This document shows, piece after piece, positions 10,675 through 20,600 of a stretch of DNA of 64,000 bases. The DNA is from Vicinamibacteria bacterium. Lineage in GTDB: Bacteria > Acidobacteriota > Vicinamibacteria > Marinacidobacterales > Marinacidobacteraceae. A model generated the notes under the pieces. That model saw nothing but the letters and a program-made list of their open reading frames with translations. It was not told the origin of the DNA and did no database searches. The stretch covers positions 2,720,001-2,784,000 of the forward strand of contig OY729431.1 in assembly GCA_963422395.1 (NCBI GenBank), in the 5' to 3' direction. The position numbers were made by a program, and so were the translations under genes. Numbering within the stretch: position 1 is the stretch's first letter; each line of letters starts with the position of its first letter.

Positions 10675-13431
10675 TCAGCGAGCCCCGTCGAGCGGCGCAC
10701 CGTCGGCGTCCACCCGGGTCACCGGCCCGAAATCGAGTCTTCCGAGCGCCGGCTCGATCCGGCTCGCATCTCCGACCACCACGAGGGCGCTGCCCGAGCG
10801 ACCCAAGTGGCGCGCCGCGGCCGCGGCCACTTCTTCCCGGGTCACCGCTTCGATCCGCGATGGATAGTCGCGGATTTCAGAGAGCGGGTCCCCGCGCCGC
10901 AGAATCCCGGATACCACCCCGCGAACCCCGGCGACGGTCTCGAATCGCTGCGCGTAGTCGCGCCGGAGCGCGAGCTTCGCCTCCCGGAGTTCGCGCAGCC
11001 TCACCGGACGGCTGCCGGTGGCCATCCCGGCGACTTCCGCAAGCAGTTCCCGCATCGCCGGTTCCGCCTGTTCGATGTTCAGCGCGGAAGAAGCGGTGAG
11101 CAGCGAGCGGTGCTGGAACTGGCGGGAGCCGGCGAAGGCTCCATAGGTCGCACCCATGCGTTCGCGCAGGTTCGAGTTGAGCCGGCTGGAAAAGCCGCCG
11201 CCCAGGATGAAGAGCGCGAGGCGGAGAGCGTAGCGGTCCGGAGCGCCGCGCCCTGCTCCCTGCTTGCGCCAGCAAACGACCGCCTGCGGACTCTCGACTT
11301 CCATGCCGTGGAGCAGCACTCCGGTTTCCGCTGCCGGCGGCTCCGGCGGCTCCGGCGGCTCGGGACTGCCGGACGGTGTCCAGCTGCCGAAGAACTCCTC
11401 GAAGCCATCCGCCGCCCGATCCAGATCGATGTCGCCGCACACCACCAGTGACGCCCCGCCGGGAACGAAGCGGCGTTCGTGATAGGCGGTGAGATCGCCG
11501 GCCCCGATCGCAGCGAGCGAGGCTTCGTCGCCGCGCCAGCCGTAGGGGTGATCGTCCGAAAACGCCGTCCGCCGCACGATGCGGCGGGCCACCGAATTCG
11601 GATCGGCGCGCGATTGCCGCAGCGCGTCGAGCCGCAGGGGAACGAGACGCTCCAGCTCTTCGAGGGGGAAAGCCGGGTTCAGGAGCAGGTCGGAAGTGAG
11701 CTCGAGGGTCGGCCGCAGATGCTCGGAGAGGCAGGAGAACGAGACGCTGAGGCCTTCGGTCCCAGCGCCGGCGCCGATCCCCGACCCCATCCGGTCGGCT
11801 TCCGCCTCGAATTCGCGCGCATCGCGCGTCTTCGTCCCGCGGCTCATCATTTCCGCAGTCAGGCTCGCCAAGCCGGCGAGGGAACGGGGTTCGTCCACCC
11901 GGCCGCCCGGCATCGTGATCGTTCCGACGATCCGGGGCAGCTCCGGGCGCGGCACGAGGTAGAGGGCGAGGCCGTTCGCGAGCCGGCGGACCTCGGGAAA
12001 GGGAGGGACGAAGGTCCCGGCCCGGCCGCGGCGAGGCGTCCGGCTGCGGTCGGGTTCCTCCGGCGGTCGGGGATCGGGACGCCACGGAGCGGGCGCGGGC
12101 TGCTGCCAGTCCTGCGGGCCGATCACCGCAGGAACCACCGGCGGCTCGCCCGCCTCGTCCGGCTCGCCGTAGAGCAGTTCGACACGCGGGGCCAACAGGT
12201 ACTGGCGGGCGGCGCGGCGGAGATCCCCGGTCGTGACCTCGCGGTAGCGAACCCAGTGTTCGGAAAGCTTCGCCGGATCACCGAGGAAGGTCGTGTAGCG
12301 AGCCAGCAGGTCCGCCTTGCTCGAAAGCCGCTCGAGGGCGCCGACGAAAGCTACCTGAGTCGCTGCCTTCACCCGGGACAGCTCTTCGTCGGCGGGCCCC
12401 TCGTCGGCGATCCGCGAGAGCTCTTCGTCCAGCTGCCCGCGGAGCCGGGAGATAGGCACTCCCGGGCGGGCGGTGGCGACCACCCCGCTGATCCCGGCCG
12501 ATTGCAGCGCATAGTGAAACGCACTGACATCGGACGCAGTGCGGTCCTCATAGACCATCCGGCGGTACAGCCTCGAGTTCAGCCCGTCGGAAAGGACATC
12601 GGACAGCATGTCGAGAGCCGGTTCGTCCTCATGGAAGAACTGCGCTGTCGGCCAACCACAATAGATCCGGGAGTGCGGCACGGTCTCCGGAACCACGATC
12701 CGCCGGGTAGCGGCGAGCGCCGCCGGAGGAGTCGGCGGCCGACCGGGAACCGGGCCCGCCGGAATCGGCCCGAAGTAACGCCGGACGAGCTCCAGGGCGC
12801 GCCGCTCGTCGTAGTCGCCGGCCACCACCAGCACCGCGTTGTTCGGCGCGTACCAATCGCGGAAGAAGTCATGGACCTCGGAAAGCTCCGCGGCGGCGAG
12901 ATGCGCCATGTCGCCGATGACATCCCACGAATACGGGTGGCCTGGCGGGAAGAGCGCGTGGAACATCTTCTCCCAGGCGGTCCCGTACGGGACATTGTCC
13001 ATGCGCTGCAGCCGCTCGTTGCGAACGACCTCGCGCTGGGTGTCCAGCCGCGACTGATCGAGCACTTCGAGCAGGTAGGCCATCCGGTCGGATTCTGCCC
13101 ACAATGCGAGTCCGAGAGCTTCGCGGGGAACGGTCTCGTAATAGTTGGTTCGGTCGTGGCTCGTGGTGCCGTTCACATCGCCGGCGGCGACGCTCGCGCC
13201 CGCCTTCTCCATCAGGCGGATGAAGTGGGTGTCGTTGTGCCGCGAGCCCTCGAACATCAGATGCTCGAAGAGGTGGGCGAACCCGGTGCGCCACGGCCGT
13301 TCGTTCCGGGAGCCGACGTGGTACCAGAGCGCCACATGAACGACGGGCAGGCGCCGATCCTCGTGGAACAGCACCCGAAGGCCGTTGCCGAGGGTGCGCA
13401 GCGTCGAAGGAACCGAGATAGTCGGGGCCAT
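10675..13431 (-). CDS. M16 (pitrilysin/insulinase) family zinc protease, two-lobed
   Basis: Inverted zincin motif HLFEH, NGTTSHDRTNY, second inactive M16 half. ATG at 13431 chosen as start. Confidence 0.92.
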   Translation of the reverse strand: MAPTISVPSTLRTLGNGLRVLFHEDRRLPVVHVALWYHVGSRNERPWRTGFAHLFEHLMFEGSRHNDTHFIRLMEKAGASVAAGDVNGTTSHDRTNYYETVPREALGLALWAESDRMAYLLEVLDQSRLDTQREVVRNERLQRMDNVPYGTAWEKMFHALFPPGHPYSWDVIGDMAHLAAAELSEVHDFFRDWYAPNNAVLVVAGDYDERRALELVRRYFGPIPAGPVPGRPPTPPAALAATRRIVVPETVPHSRIYCGWPTAQFFHEDEPALDMLSDVLSDGLNSRLYRRMVYEDRTASDVSAFHYALQSAGISGVVATARPGVPISRLRGQLDEELSRIADEGPADEELSRVKAATQVAFVGALERLSSKADLLARYTTFLGDPAKLSEHWVRYREVTTGDLRRAARQYLLAPRVELLYGEPDEAGEPPVVPAVIGPQDWQQPAPAPWRPDPRPPEEPDRSRTPRRGRAGTFVPPFPEVRRLANGLALYLVPRPELPRIVGTITMPGGRVDEPRSLAGLASLTAEMMSRGTKTRDAREFEAEADRMGSGIGAGAGTEGLSVSFSCLSEHLRPTLELTSDLLLNPAFPLEELERLVPLRLDALRQSRADPNSVARRIVRRTAFSDDHPYGWRGDEASLAAIGAGDLTAYHERRFVPGGASLVVCGDIDLDRAADGFEEFFGSWTPSGSPEPPEPPEPPAAETGVLLHGMEVESPQAVVCWRKQGAGRGAPDRYALRLALFILGGGFSSRLNSNLRERMGATYGAFAGSRQFQHRSLLTASSALNIEQAEPAMRELLAEVAGMATGSRPVRLRELREAKLALRRDYAQRFETVAGVRGVVSGILRRGDPLSEIRDYPSRIEAVTREEVAAAAARHLGRSGSALVVVGDASRIEPALGRLDFGPVTRVDADGAPLDGAR

Positions 13432-13556
13432 TCCGGTGCGGGCGGGAAGCCCATGGGCAAGCCCGGGTCGTCGAGAGGGAAAAATCGGATTCGGCACGCG
13501 AGGCGCGGAATATACTGTCCCCGGCGCGCGGTTTTTTCTCTGGGTTCTCGTGGAAA

Positions 13557-14774
13557 ATGGGCCGGGTGATCTCGTCCGAAGCCGCAAGACGCACCCCGCT
13601 TGGAAAGCCGGCCGGAAAGCCCGTTGGAATGTTGGTCGGAATATCGGTCGGGGCGTTCGCCGTTGCGCTCTGCGGGTCGTCTGCCGCTGCCGCCCAGACC
13701 GGGAATTTCCTCCCCGAAGACTTTTTCACCGCGGATCGGGCCGTCGAGGCCATGGCGGGGAAGCAGGTCGTCTTCGAGACCAGCCACGGAACCTTCGTCG
13801 TCGAGGTCTTCGCCGAAAAAGCCCCGAACCACTCCGCATTCTTCCTGCTGCAAGCCGAGCAGGGGAACTACGACGGCACCGCGTTCCACCGGCTGATCGA
13901 GCGCGGAATCGTGCAGGGCGGGGATCCCCTCTCCAAGGATCCGGACGCATCCGGCCGTTACGGGACCGGAGGACTCGGACGGCTCGCGCGGGAGCCGAAC
14001 GACCTTTCGCATGTCCGGGGCACGGTGTCGGCAGTGCAGGTTCCCGGACAGCCGGACAGCGCCGGTTCGCAGTTCTTCATCGTGATCACCGACCAGCCGG
14101 CCCTCGATGGGGCGTACACGGTGTTCGCCCGCGTCGTCGAGGGGATCCACGAGGTCACCGCGATCTCGGAACTGCCTGCCGACGCCGAGGGCAGGCCGAC
14201 CGAGCGCATCGAGATCGCGCGCGCCGCGGTCCGCGACCGTCCTCCGGAATCGCCCCCTCCGTTCTCGACGGAGATCGACGCCGAACTCGCGGCGTTTCGG
14301 GTCGTTCTGGAAACCCGATTCGGAGAAATCGGGATCGAACTGCTCCCGGAGACGGCGCCGAACCATGCGCGGAACTTCCTGCGGCTTGCGGCGCTCGGCG
14401 CCTACGACGGGACGGCGTTCCACCGGGTGGTCCCCGGCTTCATGGTCCAGACCGGCTGGATGGACACCCGCGAGCCGCCGGCGCCGGAGAGCATCGAAAA
14501 ACACATCACGAACTTGCAGCCCGAGTTCAGCGATATCGCCCATGAGCCCGGGATCGTCTCCATGGCCCGGCTAGAAGCGCCCGACAGCGCGATGACCAGC
14601 TTTTTCATCATGACCGGGCGGGCTCCGGCGCTCGACGGGGAATACACCGTGTTCGGCCGCGTGGTCTTCGGGTATGAAGCCGTGGAGGCCGTCGAGGCGC
14701 TGCCGGCTGGCGGCGACGAGGCGCCCCTCGAGCGCATCGAGATCCTTCGGGCGCGGGTCGAGCCCTTCGAATGA
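13557..14774 (+). CDS. Peptidyl-prolyl cis-trans isomerase with two cyclophilin domains
   Basis: Two copies of YDGTAFHR...QGG/QTG...FFI...LDG.YTVF, plus an N-terminal signal-like segment. Confidence 0.92.
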   Translation: MGRVISSEAARRTPLGKPAGKPVGMLVGISVGAFAVALCGSSAAAAQTGNFLPEDFFTADRAVEAMAGKQVVFETSHGTFVVEVFAEKAPNHSAFFLLQAEQGNYDGTAFHRLIERGIVQGGDPLSKDPDASGRYGTGGLGRLAREPNDLSHVRGTVSAVQVPGQPDSAGSQFFIVITDQPALDGAYTVFARVVEGIHEVTAISELPADAEGRPTERIEIARAAVRDRPPESPPPFSTEIDAELAAFRVVLETRFGEIGIELLPETAPNHARNFLRLAALGAYDGTAFHRVVPGFMVQTGWMDTREPPAPESIEKHITNLQPEFSDIAHEPGIVSMARLEAPDSAMTSFFIMTGRAPALDGEYTVFGRVVFGYEAVEAVEALPAGGDEAPLERIEILRARVEPFE

Positions 14775-15781
14775 GTTCCGCCGGCGTCCTCGAGGTGGCG
14801 ATCATCGGGGCCGGACCGTCTGGCCTCGCCACCGCGATCGAGTGCCAGCGGCAGGGGCTCCGCTACGCGGTGATCGAGAAAGGAGGCCTGGTGGACACGA
14901 TCCGACGGTTTCCGGTTCACATGGTGTTCTTCACCACTCCGGAACTGCTCGAGATCGGAGGGGTGCCGCTCGTCTCCCACCGGGAGAAACCGTCGCGCTA
15001 CGAGGCACTCACCTACTACCGGAAAGTCGCGCAGCACTTCGACCTGCGGCCGCACCTCTTCACCCGGGTCTCCCGAGTGGAGCTCCCCGCCGGGAACGGC
15101 CGGGACGGCTTCACGCTACATCTGCAGAGCGAGCGGCAGGGAATTCCCGATCCGGGACCGGTCCAGGCGCGGAACCTCGTGGTGGCGATGGGCTATTTCG
15201 AAAACCCGAACCGACTCGGAGTGCCCGGCGAGGATCTCGACAAGGTCTCCCATCGCTTCTCCGAGACCCATCCCTACTTCGGATCGCGCGTCGCGGTCGT
15301 CGGCGGAGGCAACTCGGCCGCCGAGACCGCGCTCGAGCTCTACCGGGCGGGCATCGAAGTCACCCTCGTCCACCGAGGGGAGACGCTGTCCCCGCATCTC
15401 AAGTACTGGGTGCGTCCGGACATCGAGAACCGCATCGAACGGCGCGAGATCGCCTCGCACCTCGGATCGGCAGTAGAAGCGATCCATCCCGATTCGCTGA
15501 CCGTGCGGGACCGCCGGGGAGAGGTGCGCGAGATCCCGAACGACTTCGTGCTCCCGCTCATCGGATACCGGCCCGACTACGGCTTTCTGGAGTCGCTCGG
15601 AATCCGGAGCGAGGGACCCGACCGGGTGCCGGTCACCGACCCGGAGACCCTTTCCACCGAAATTCCCGGCCTCTACCTGGCCGGCGGAGTGGTCGCCGGC
15701 CTCCGCACCAACCGCATCTTCATCGAGAACGGCCGTTTCCACGGAGAGGCGATCGTTCGGCACATCTGCCAGGAAAGGTGA
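14771..15781 (+). CDS. ypdA: YpdA family putative bacillithiol disulfide reductase
   Basis: GAGPSG FAD motif, FFTTPELLEIG, GGGNSA, KYWVRPDIENRI, FIENGRFH. No CxxC. Confidence 0.88.
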   Translation: MSSAGVLEVAIIGAGPSGLATAIECQRQGLRYAVIEKGGLVDTIRRFPVHMVFFTTPELLEIGGVPLVSHREKPSRYEALTYYRKVAQHFDLRPHLFTRVSRVELPAGNGRDGFTLHLQSERQGIPDPGPVQARNLVVAMGYFENPNRLGVPGEDLDKVSHRFSETHPYFGSRVAVVGGGNSAAETALELYRAGIEVTLVHRGETLSPHLKYWVRPDIENRIERREIASHLGSAVEAIHPDSLTVRDRRGEVREIPNDFVLPLIGYRPDYGFLESLGIRSEGPDRVPVTDPETLSTEIPGLYLAGGVVAGLRTNRIFIENGRFHGEAIVRHICQER

Positions 15782-17520
15782 TCCCCTCTCCGGAACGCCT
15801 CATCACCCGACGGCGCTTCGGAGTGCTGGCGGCCGGCGCCCTCAGCGGGGGGCTGAGCGGAGCCTGCCGGGACGGTGCTCCGAAGGGCCGAGAGAGCCTC
15901 GACCTGCGGATCCGAAACGCTCGCATCGTGGACGGTTCGGGAGCTCCTGCCCGCATCGGCGACCTCGGGATCCGAAAGGGCCTTTTCGCGTCCGCCGAGG
16001 GCCCGGCGCTCCGCGAACTCGACGGATCCGGGCTGGCGGCGGCGCCGGGATTCGTCGACATCCACTCTCACGGAGACCTGGTGCTGGCGAGCGATCCGGG
16101 CCGCCGCGCGGAGCTGCTCGCCGGACGACTCGCGCAGGGCATCACCAGCGAGGTCATCGGGAACTGCGGGCTCGGAGCAGCGCCGCAGTTCGGCGAGGCC
16201 GACGGCCTCGCTCCCGCAGTGCACGCCTGGATGACCCCAACGGGCGTTTCCTGGCAGTGGGGCTCGCTCGGGGAGTACTTCGCCGTCCTGGAGACCGCGG
16301 GGTTGCCCTCGAATGTCGCGGCGCTCGTTCCCCACGGGCTGCTGCGGCTGGGCGCGATGGGACTCCGCCCCGGGGCGCCGGATCACGGGGAACGGGCCGC
16401 CATGGCCCGCGAACTCGAACGGAGTCTCGACGAGGGTGCGTTCGGCCTTTCCTGCGGCCTCATCTACCCGCCCGGCATGTTCAGCACCACCGACGAGCTG
16501 CTCGGGCTGGCGCGCGGACTGCGCGCCGCGGACGGGGTGTTCACCGCCCACCTCCGCGGATCGAGCGAAACCCTGCTCCCCGCGGTCGAGGAACTGTTGG
16601 AAATCGGCCGGGCTGCCGACATCCGCGTCCACCACAGTCACGCCGAAGCCGTCGGCCGGCGCCACTGGGAGCAGCTGGAAGCCTTCCTCGATCTGGAGCG
16701 CACCGCGCGCGAGCAGGGAGTGCGCGTTTCGGCGGACATGTTCCCCTACCCAGTGGCGGCGACGATGATGTACGCCATCTATCCGCCGTGGTCGCTGGAA
16801 GGCGGCCCGGAGCAGCTGCTCGTCCGCCTCCGAGACCCGGCGGAGCGGGCCCGGATCCGGGAGGACCTGGAGACCCACACCCCGCGCTGGCCGCCCTGGG
16901 AGCCCGGCGGGTGGCCGCACAACCTCGTCTCCGCGGTGGGCTGGGAGCGGATCCTGGTCGCGAGCGTCGGAAGTTCCGACCGCCGGGAGGTCGTGGGTCT
17001 TTCGCTCGCCGCCCTCGGAGAACGGGCGGGCACGCACCCGTTCGACGCCGTCTCGGACCTCATGCTCGCAGAGGACGGAGCGGTGGGTCAGTTCGTGCTG
17101 GACATCAGCGGCGAACCGGGTTTGCGGCAACTCGCGGCAGATCCCGAAGTCGCCTTCGTCACCGACGCGAACGACTACGGGAAGGGATCATGCCACCCCG
17201 CGGCGTACGGGGCGTTCCCGCGCGTCCTGCGCCAGTATGTCCAGGAAGAGGGACTGCTTTCGCTGGAAGAATCCATCCGCCGCATGACCTCGCTCCCTGC
17301 CGCCGTCGCCGGCCTCGAAGACCGGGGGCGGATCGCACCCGGCCTTCCCGCCGATCTCGTGCTCTTCGACCCGGAAAGAATCTCCGACCACGCCACCCTC
17401 GAAGAGCCGCGCATGCGCGCGACCGGCATCCGCGCCGTCTTCGTGAACGGTCAGGCGGTCCTCCGGGACGGCCGCCTCACCGGCGCCCTCCCCGGCCGGG
17501 TCCTCCGCCGCTCCGCCTGA
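15778..17520 (+). CDS. N-acyl-D-amino-acid deacylase (D-aminoacylase) family amidohydrolase, Tat lipoprotein
   Basis: TRRRF Tat motif and lipobox-like Cys, PGFVDIHSH, GNCG, HP..YG.FPR, GR.A.G..ADLV.FD. GTG start overlaps the ypdA stop. Confidence 0.88.
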   Translation: MIPSPERLITRRRFGVLAAGALSGGLSGACRDGAPKGRESLDLRIRNARIVDGSGAPARIGDLGIRKGLFASAEGPALRELDGSGLAAAPGFVDIHSHGDLVLASDPGRRAELLAGRLAQGITSEVIGNCGLGAAPQFGEADGLAPAVHAWMTPTGVSWQWGSLGEYFAVLETAGLPSNVAALVPHGLLRLGAMGLRPGAPDHGERAAMARELERSLDEGAFGLSCGLIYPPGMFSTTDELLGLARGLRAADGVFTAHLRGSSETLLPAVEELLEIGRAADIRVHHSHAEAVGRRHWEQLEAFLDLERTAREQGVRVSADMFPYPVAATMMYAIYPPWSLEGGPEQLLVRLRDPAERARIREDLETHTPRWPPWEPGGWPHNLVSAVGWERILVASVGSSDRREVVGLSLAALGERAGTHPFDAVSDLMLAEDGAVGQFVLDISGEPGLRQLAADPEVAFVTDANDYGKGSCHPAAYGAFPRVLRQYVQEEGLLSLEESIRRMTSLPAAVAGLEDRGRIAPGLPADLVLFDPERISDHATLEEPRMRATGIRAVFVNGQAVLRDGRLTGALPGRVLRRSA

Positions 17521-17604
17521 CCACTGCTCTCGACCGCCGCAATCGAACGTTGCTTTCGACTGGGCGGCGGTTCCGGCTTGCTGTTCACGTCCGGGGAAAC
17601 CCCG

Positions 17605-20600
17605 TCAGGCTTCGCGCTCCCCGACCAGCCTCGCCGCCACCGGGTCGATGCTCCACACATCACGCGACCGCACCAAGCCGAGGCGTTCCGCCCACGAAAG
17701 CCGCCGCACCACTTCCTCTCGGTCGATCCCGGCTTCGACTGCTTCCTCGACGACCTCATCCCGGCGCAGGCCGCCATAGGCGGCGAGGGGCCGCAGAACA
17801 GCGCGCATCGCCCAATCATCGAGACAGAGCTGGCGGTGGTGTTCCTCCAGCCGAGAACCGTCCGAGAGTTCGCTTTCGAGCGCTTCGAGGCCTGCCTCGG
17901 CACTGCCTTCGTTTTTCTTCATCAGCCAATGGAAGCGCAGGACATACCGCGGCCAACCTCCGGTCTTTTCCAGAATTTCGCCGCGCAGTCCCGCGGAATC
18001 CGAAATGCCGACATCCTCCATCCACTGCCGGAGGTACCCGTCGCGCCAGGGCTCCAGGAAGAGGAGATCCAACCGGTTGTCGGAGTCGAGAGCGGCGGGA
18101 TCGAGCGTCGAAGAGTAGAGCGAGCAACCCTCCGCGAGGAACAGCACCCGAACCTGCCGGTGCTCCTTGCTCAGGCGCCCCAGATAGCTCTGCGCCGCCC
18201 GGATCCATTCCTGCCATTCCCGAGCCCACGAGGCCTCCGCCGGCACTGCATAGACCCCCACGCCGTCCTGCTGGCGGTCCACGGCCTCTCGCAGTTCGGC
18301 CAGGAAGGAGCCGCGGTCGAGGGTGCCCTCGATCGGGACGATCTCGTTTTTCCCCCGCCCGCGAAACCCGTTGAGTACATCGATCACCTGGTGGAATCCG
18401 GCGGCGGGCACTCCGGAAAGCAGCACGACGCCGTTCTTCTCGGCGAACAGCTGTCCTTCCTGCTGGAACGACAGCGGGCTTCGTGAAGGGTCTTCCGGTT
18501 CGTCCGGTTTGCGCCGGGCACGGAAAGTCGCTCGCTCGAACTCCCGCGGCGGCTCCCGCTCTTCGAGCAGCTTCTCCTCGATCTGCTCCTTCGTCCCCAT
18601 CAGGAGCAGCACATTCGGGTTCCTCAGCGAATATCCCTCCGGTTCGGCCTCACCCTCCGATTCGACCTTCCGGAGCACGCCGAGACCCACCATCTCGTCG
18701 AGCAGGGATTCGAATCGGCGGGGGCTGGACTCGGCGAACCCTTTCGGCCACCACTCGTTCGCTTCCCGGTAGATCTCAGTGCGGGAAACCCCGTGGACCA
18801 GCGCCTCCTCGTGCAGGGTGCATCGGTACGCGATCGTGTACGCAATGACTTCGTACCTCTTGTCGAGGTCGAGGGTCAGGTGGAACCTCCCGCGGATGAA
18901 GTCGCGCATGCCGCCCGTCCGGTAGGTCTCATCCAGAATCTCCTCGTCCACGACATGGAGCGGCGGTTCGCTGCGGGGCTTCGAGCGCATCGTGCCGATC
19001 AGCTCGGCGCCGTAGGCCTGGATCAGCCCAGGGTAGTAGTTCGTCTGCGCGAGGATGCGGGTGACGAGATCGGGGGATCGGAACCGGTAACCGACGGCGA
19101 GCAGCGGGCGGGTCAGCAGCTCCTGCGCCGCCCGCATGCCTCCGTTCCGGAGGAGGGGCCCCACCTGGATGGGTTTCCCGAACTGGCCGAGCGGATGGTT
19201 CGCGAGTTCGACCGTCCGCAGCACATTGTGCAGGCCGGCGAAAACGATCTTGATGGAACGCCTGGTGTCGTCCATCAATTTCTTCATCAGGATGGACTCC
19301 CGATATCCGGTCGCCGCCACTCCCGCCTGCTGTTCGCGCGAGTCCACTTCCAGGAACCGGTCCGCCTCGTCCAGCAGCAGCAGGAGCGTCCGTTCGGTAT
19401 CGGGGGCGAAATGCCGGATCAGCGCGTCCAGGAATGCCTGGATCCGGCCTCTTCCCCCCGCGGTGGGCGGCTCCCGGACATCTTCCGGGATCGCGCCCCC
19501 GTCGCGAAGCGTCCGCCAGATCACCGGCCAGATGTAGGCGGTGTCCCGGTGCGCACCGATGCCGTACGCCTTCAAGTCCACGAAGAAGACATGGCGGCCC
19601 TGCTGCGGGCGGTGTGCATCTGCCTCGACGGCGCGCAGGATCGCCGTCTTCCCGAGCTGCCGGCCGCCGTAGAGGAAGCACGGGCCGTAGGGGTCGATTA
19701 CGGCTTCCCTCTCCCCGACCCGTCCGTAGAACATCTCGGGAGGGACGAGGCCTCCCGTCGTCACATAGGGCTGTACATGAGTGAACGGCAGGGCGCAGTG
19801 GAAGAGGACGGGCAGACGGGATCCCCTTTCGCCGCAGAGGAACACGAGGAGCGTTTCGTCGAGAATCAGGAGCGTCGCGGCGCATTCGCGCGAGGCAACG
19901 GCCAGCTCGGTGCGCTGTCTCGCACTCAACCGGCCCAGGTAGAGGACGATCGGCGGCGGGCCGCCTCGCCCTCTCGCATCCGCTATCAGGTCTGCCACCG
20001 GCGGCCGGTTCCAGCGGCAGATCACCCGGTAGCGCCCATTGGCGGCGGAGCCGCAGGCCGGAACCGGGCTCTGTTCCTTTCCTTCGAGGGGAGCCGTGTA
20101 AAGCATCGCCGCATCCTTCTCGAAGGATCGAACCTCCGCCCCGCGGAAGCCGATCTCCGAGAAGAGCTGCTCGATCTGCCGCGCCCCGTCCCGTCCCAGA
20201 CTGCTCCGATCCTTGAGTCCGAGCCAGGCCTCGAGCATCCGCGCCGCCGATTGCCGGCGCTCGCCGGTGAGCTTCCCGAAGCCTTTCTTCCCCTGCCGGA
20301 TCGATTCGAGGACGGCGCGAGGGTGCGATGCTTCGAGCTCCTCCGCGATCGCCTTCGCACCGACGGGAAAGAACTCGTCGAAGACGACGCGCCCCCGGGC
20401 TTCTGGCACCGCGAAGCGCGGATTGTCGCGCACTTGTTGGACCAGCTCGTTCGCGGTCACGATGTCATGCTGCTCGATGGCGCGCCCGATCGCCAGCGTC
20501 TGGGGGCTGTCGGGCGGCAGGTCGAGTTCGTCGAAATCACGCTTCGCCTGTTCGAGGTGCCGTCCCGTGATCCGGTCCAGTTCGGACTCGATGCTTTCCA

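Noticed and set aside
14674-17520. Apparent 948-aa fusion ORF
   Set aside because: The N-terminal part overlaps ypdA out of frame. The real gene starts at GTG 15778.
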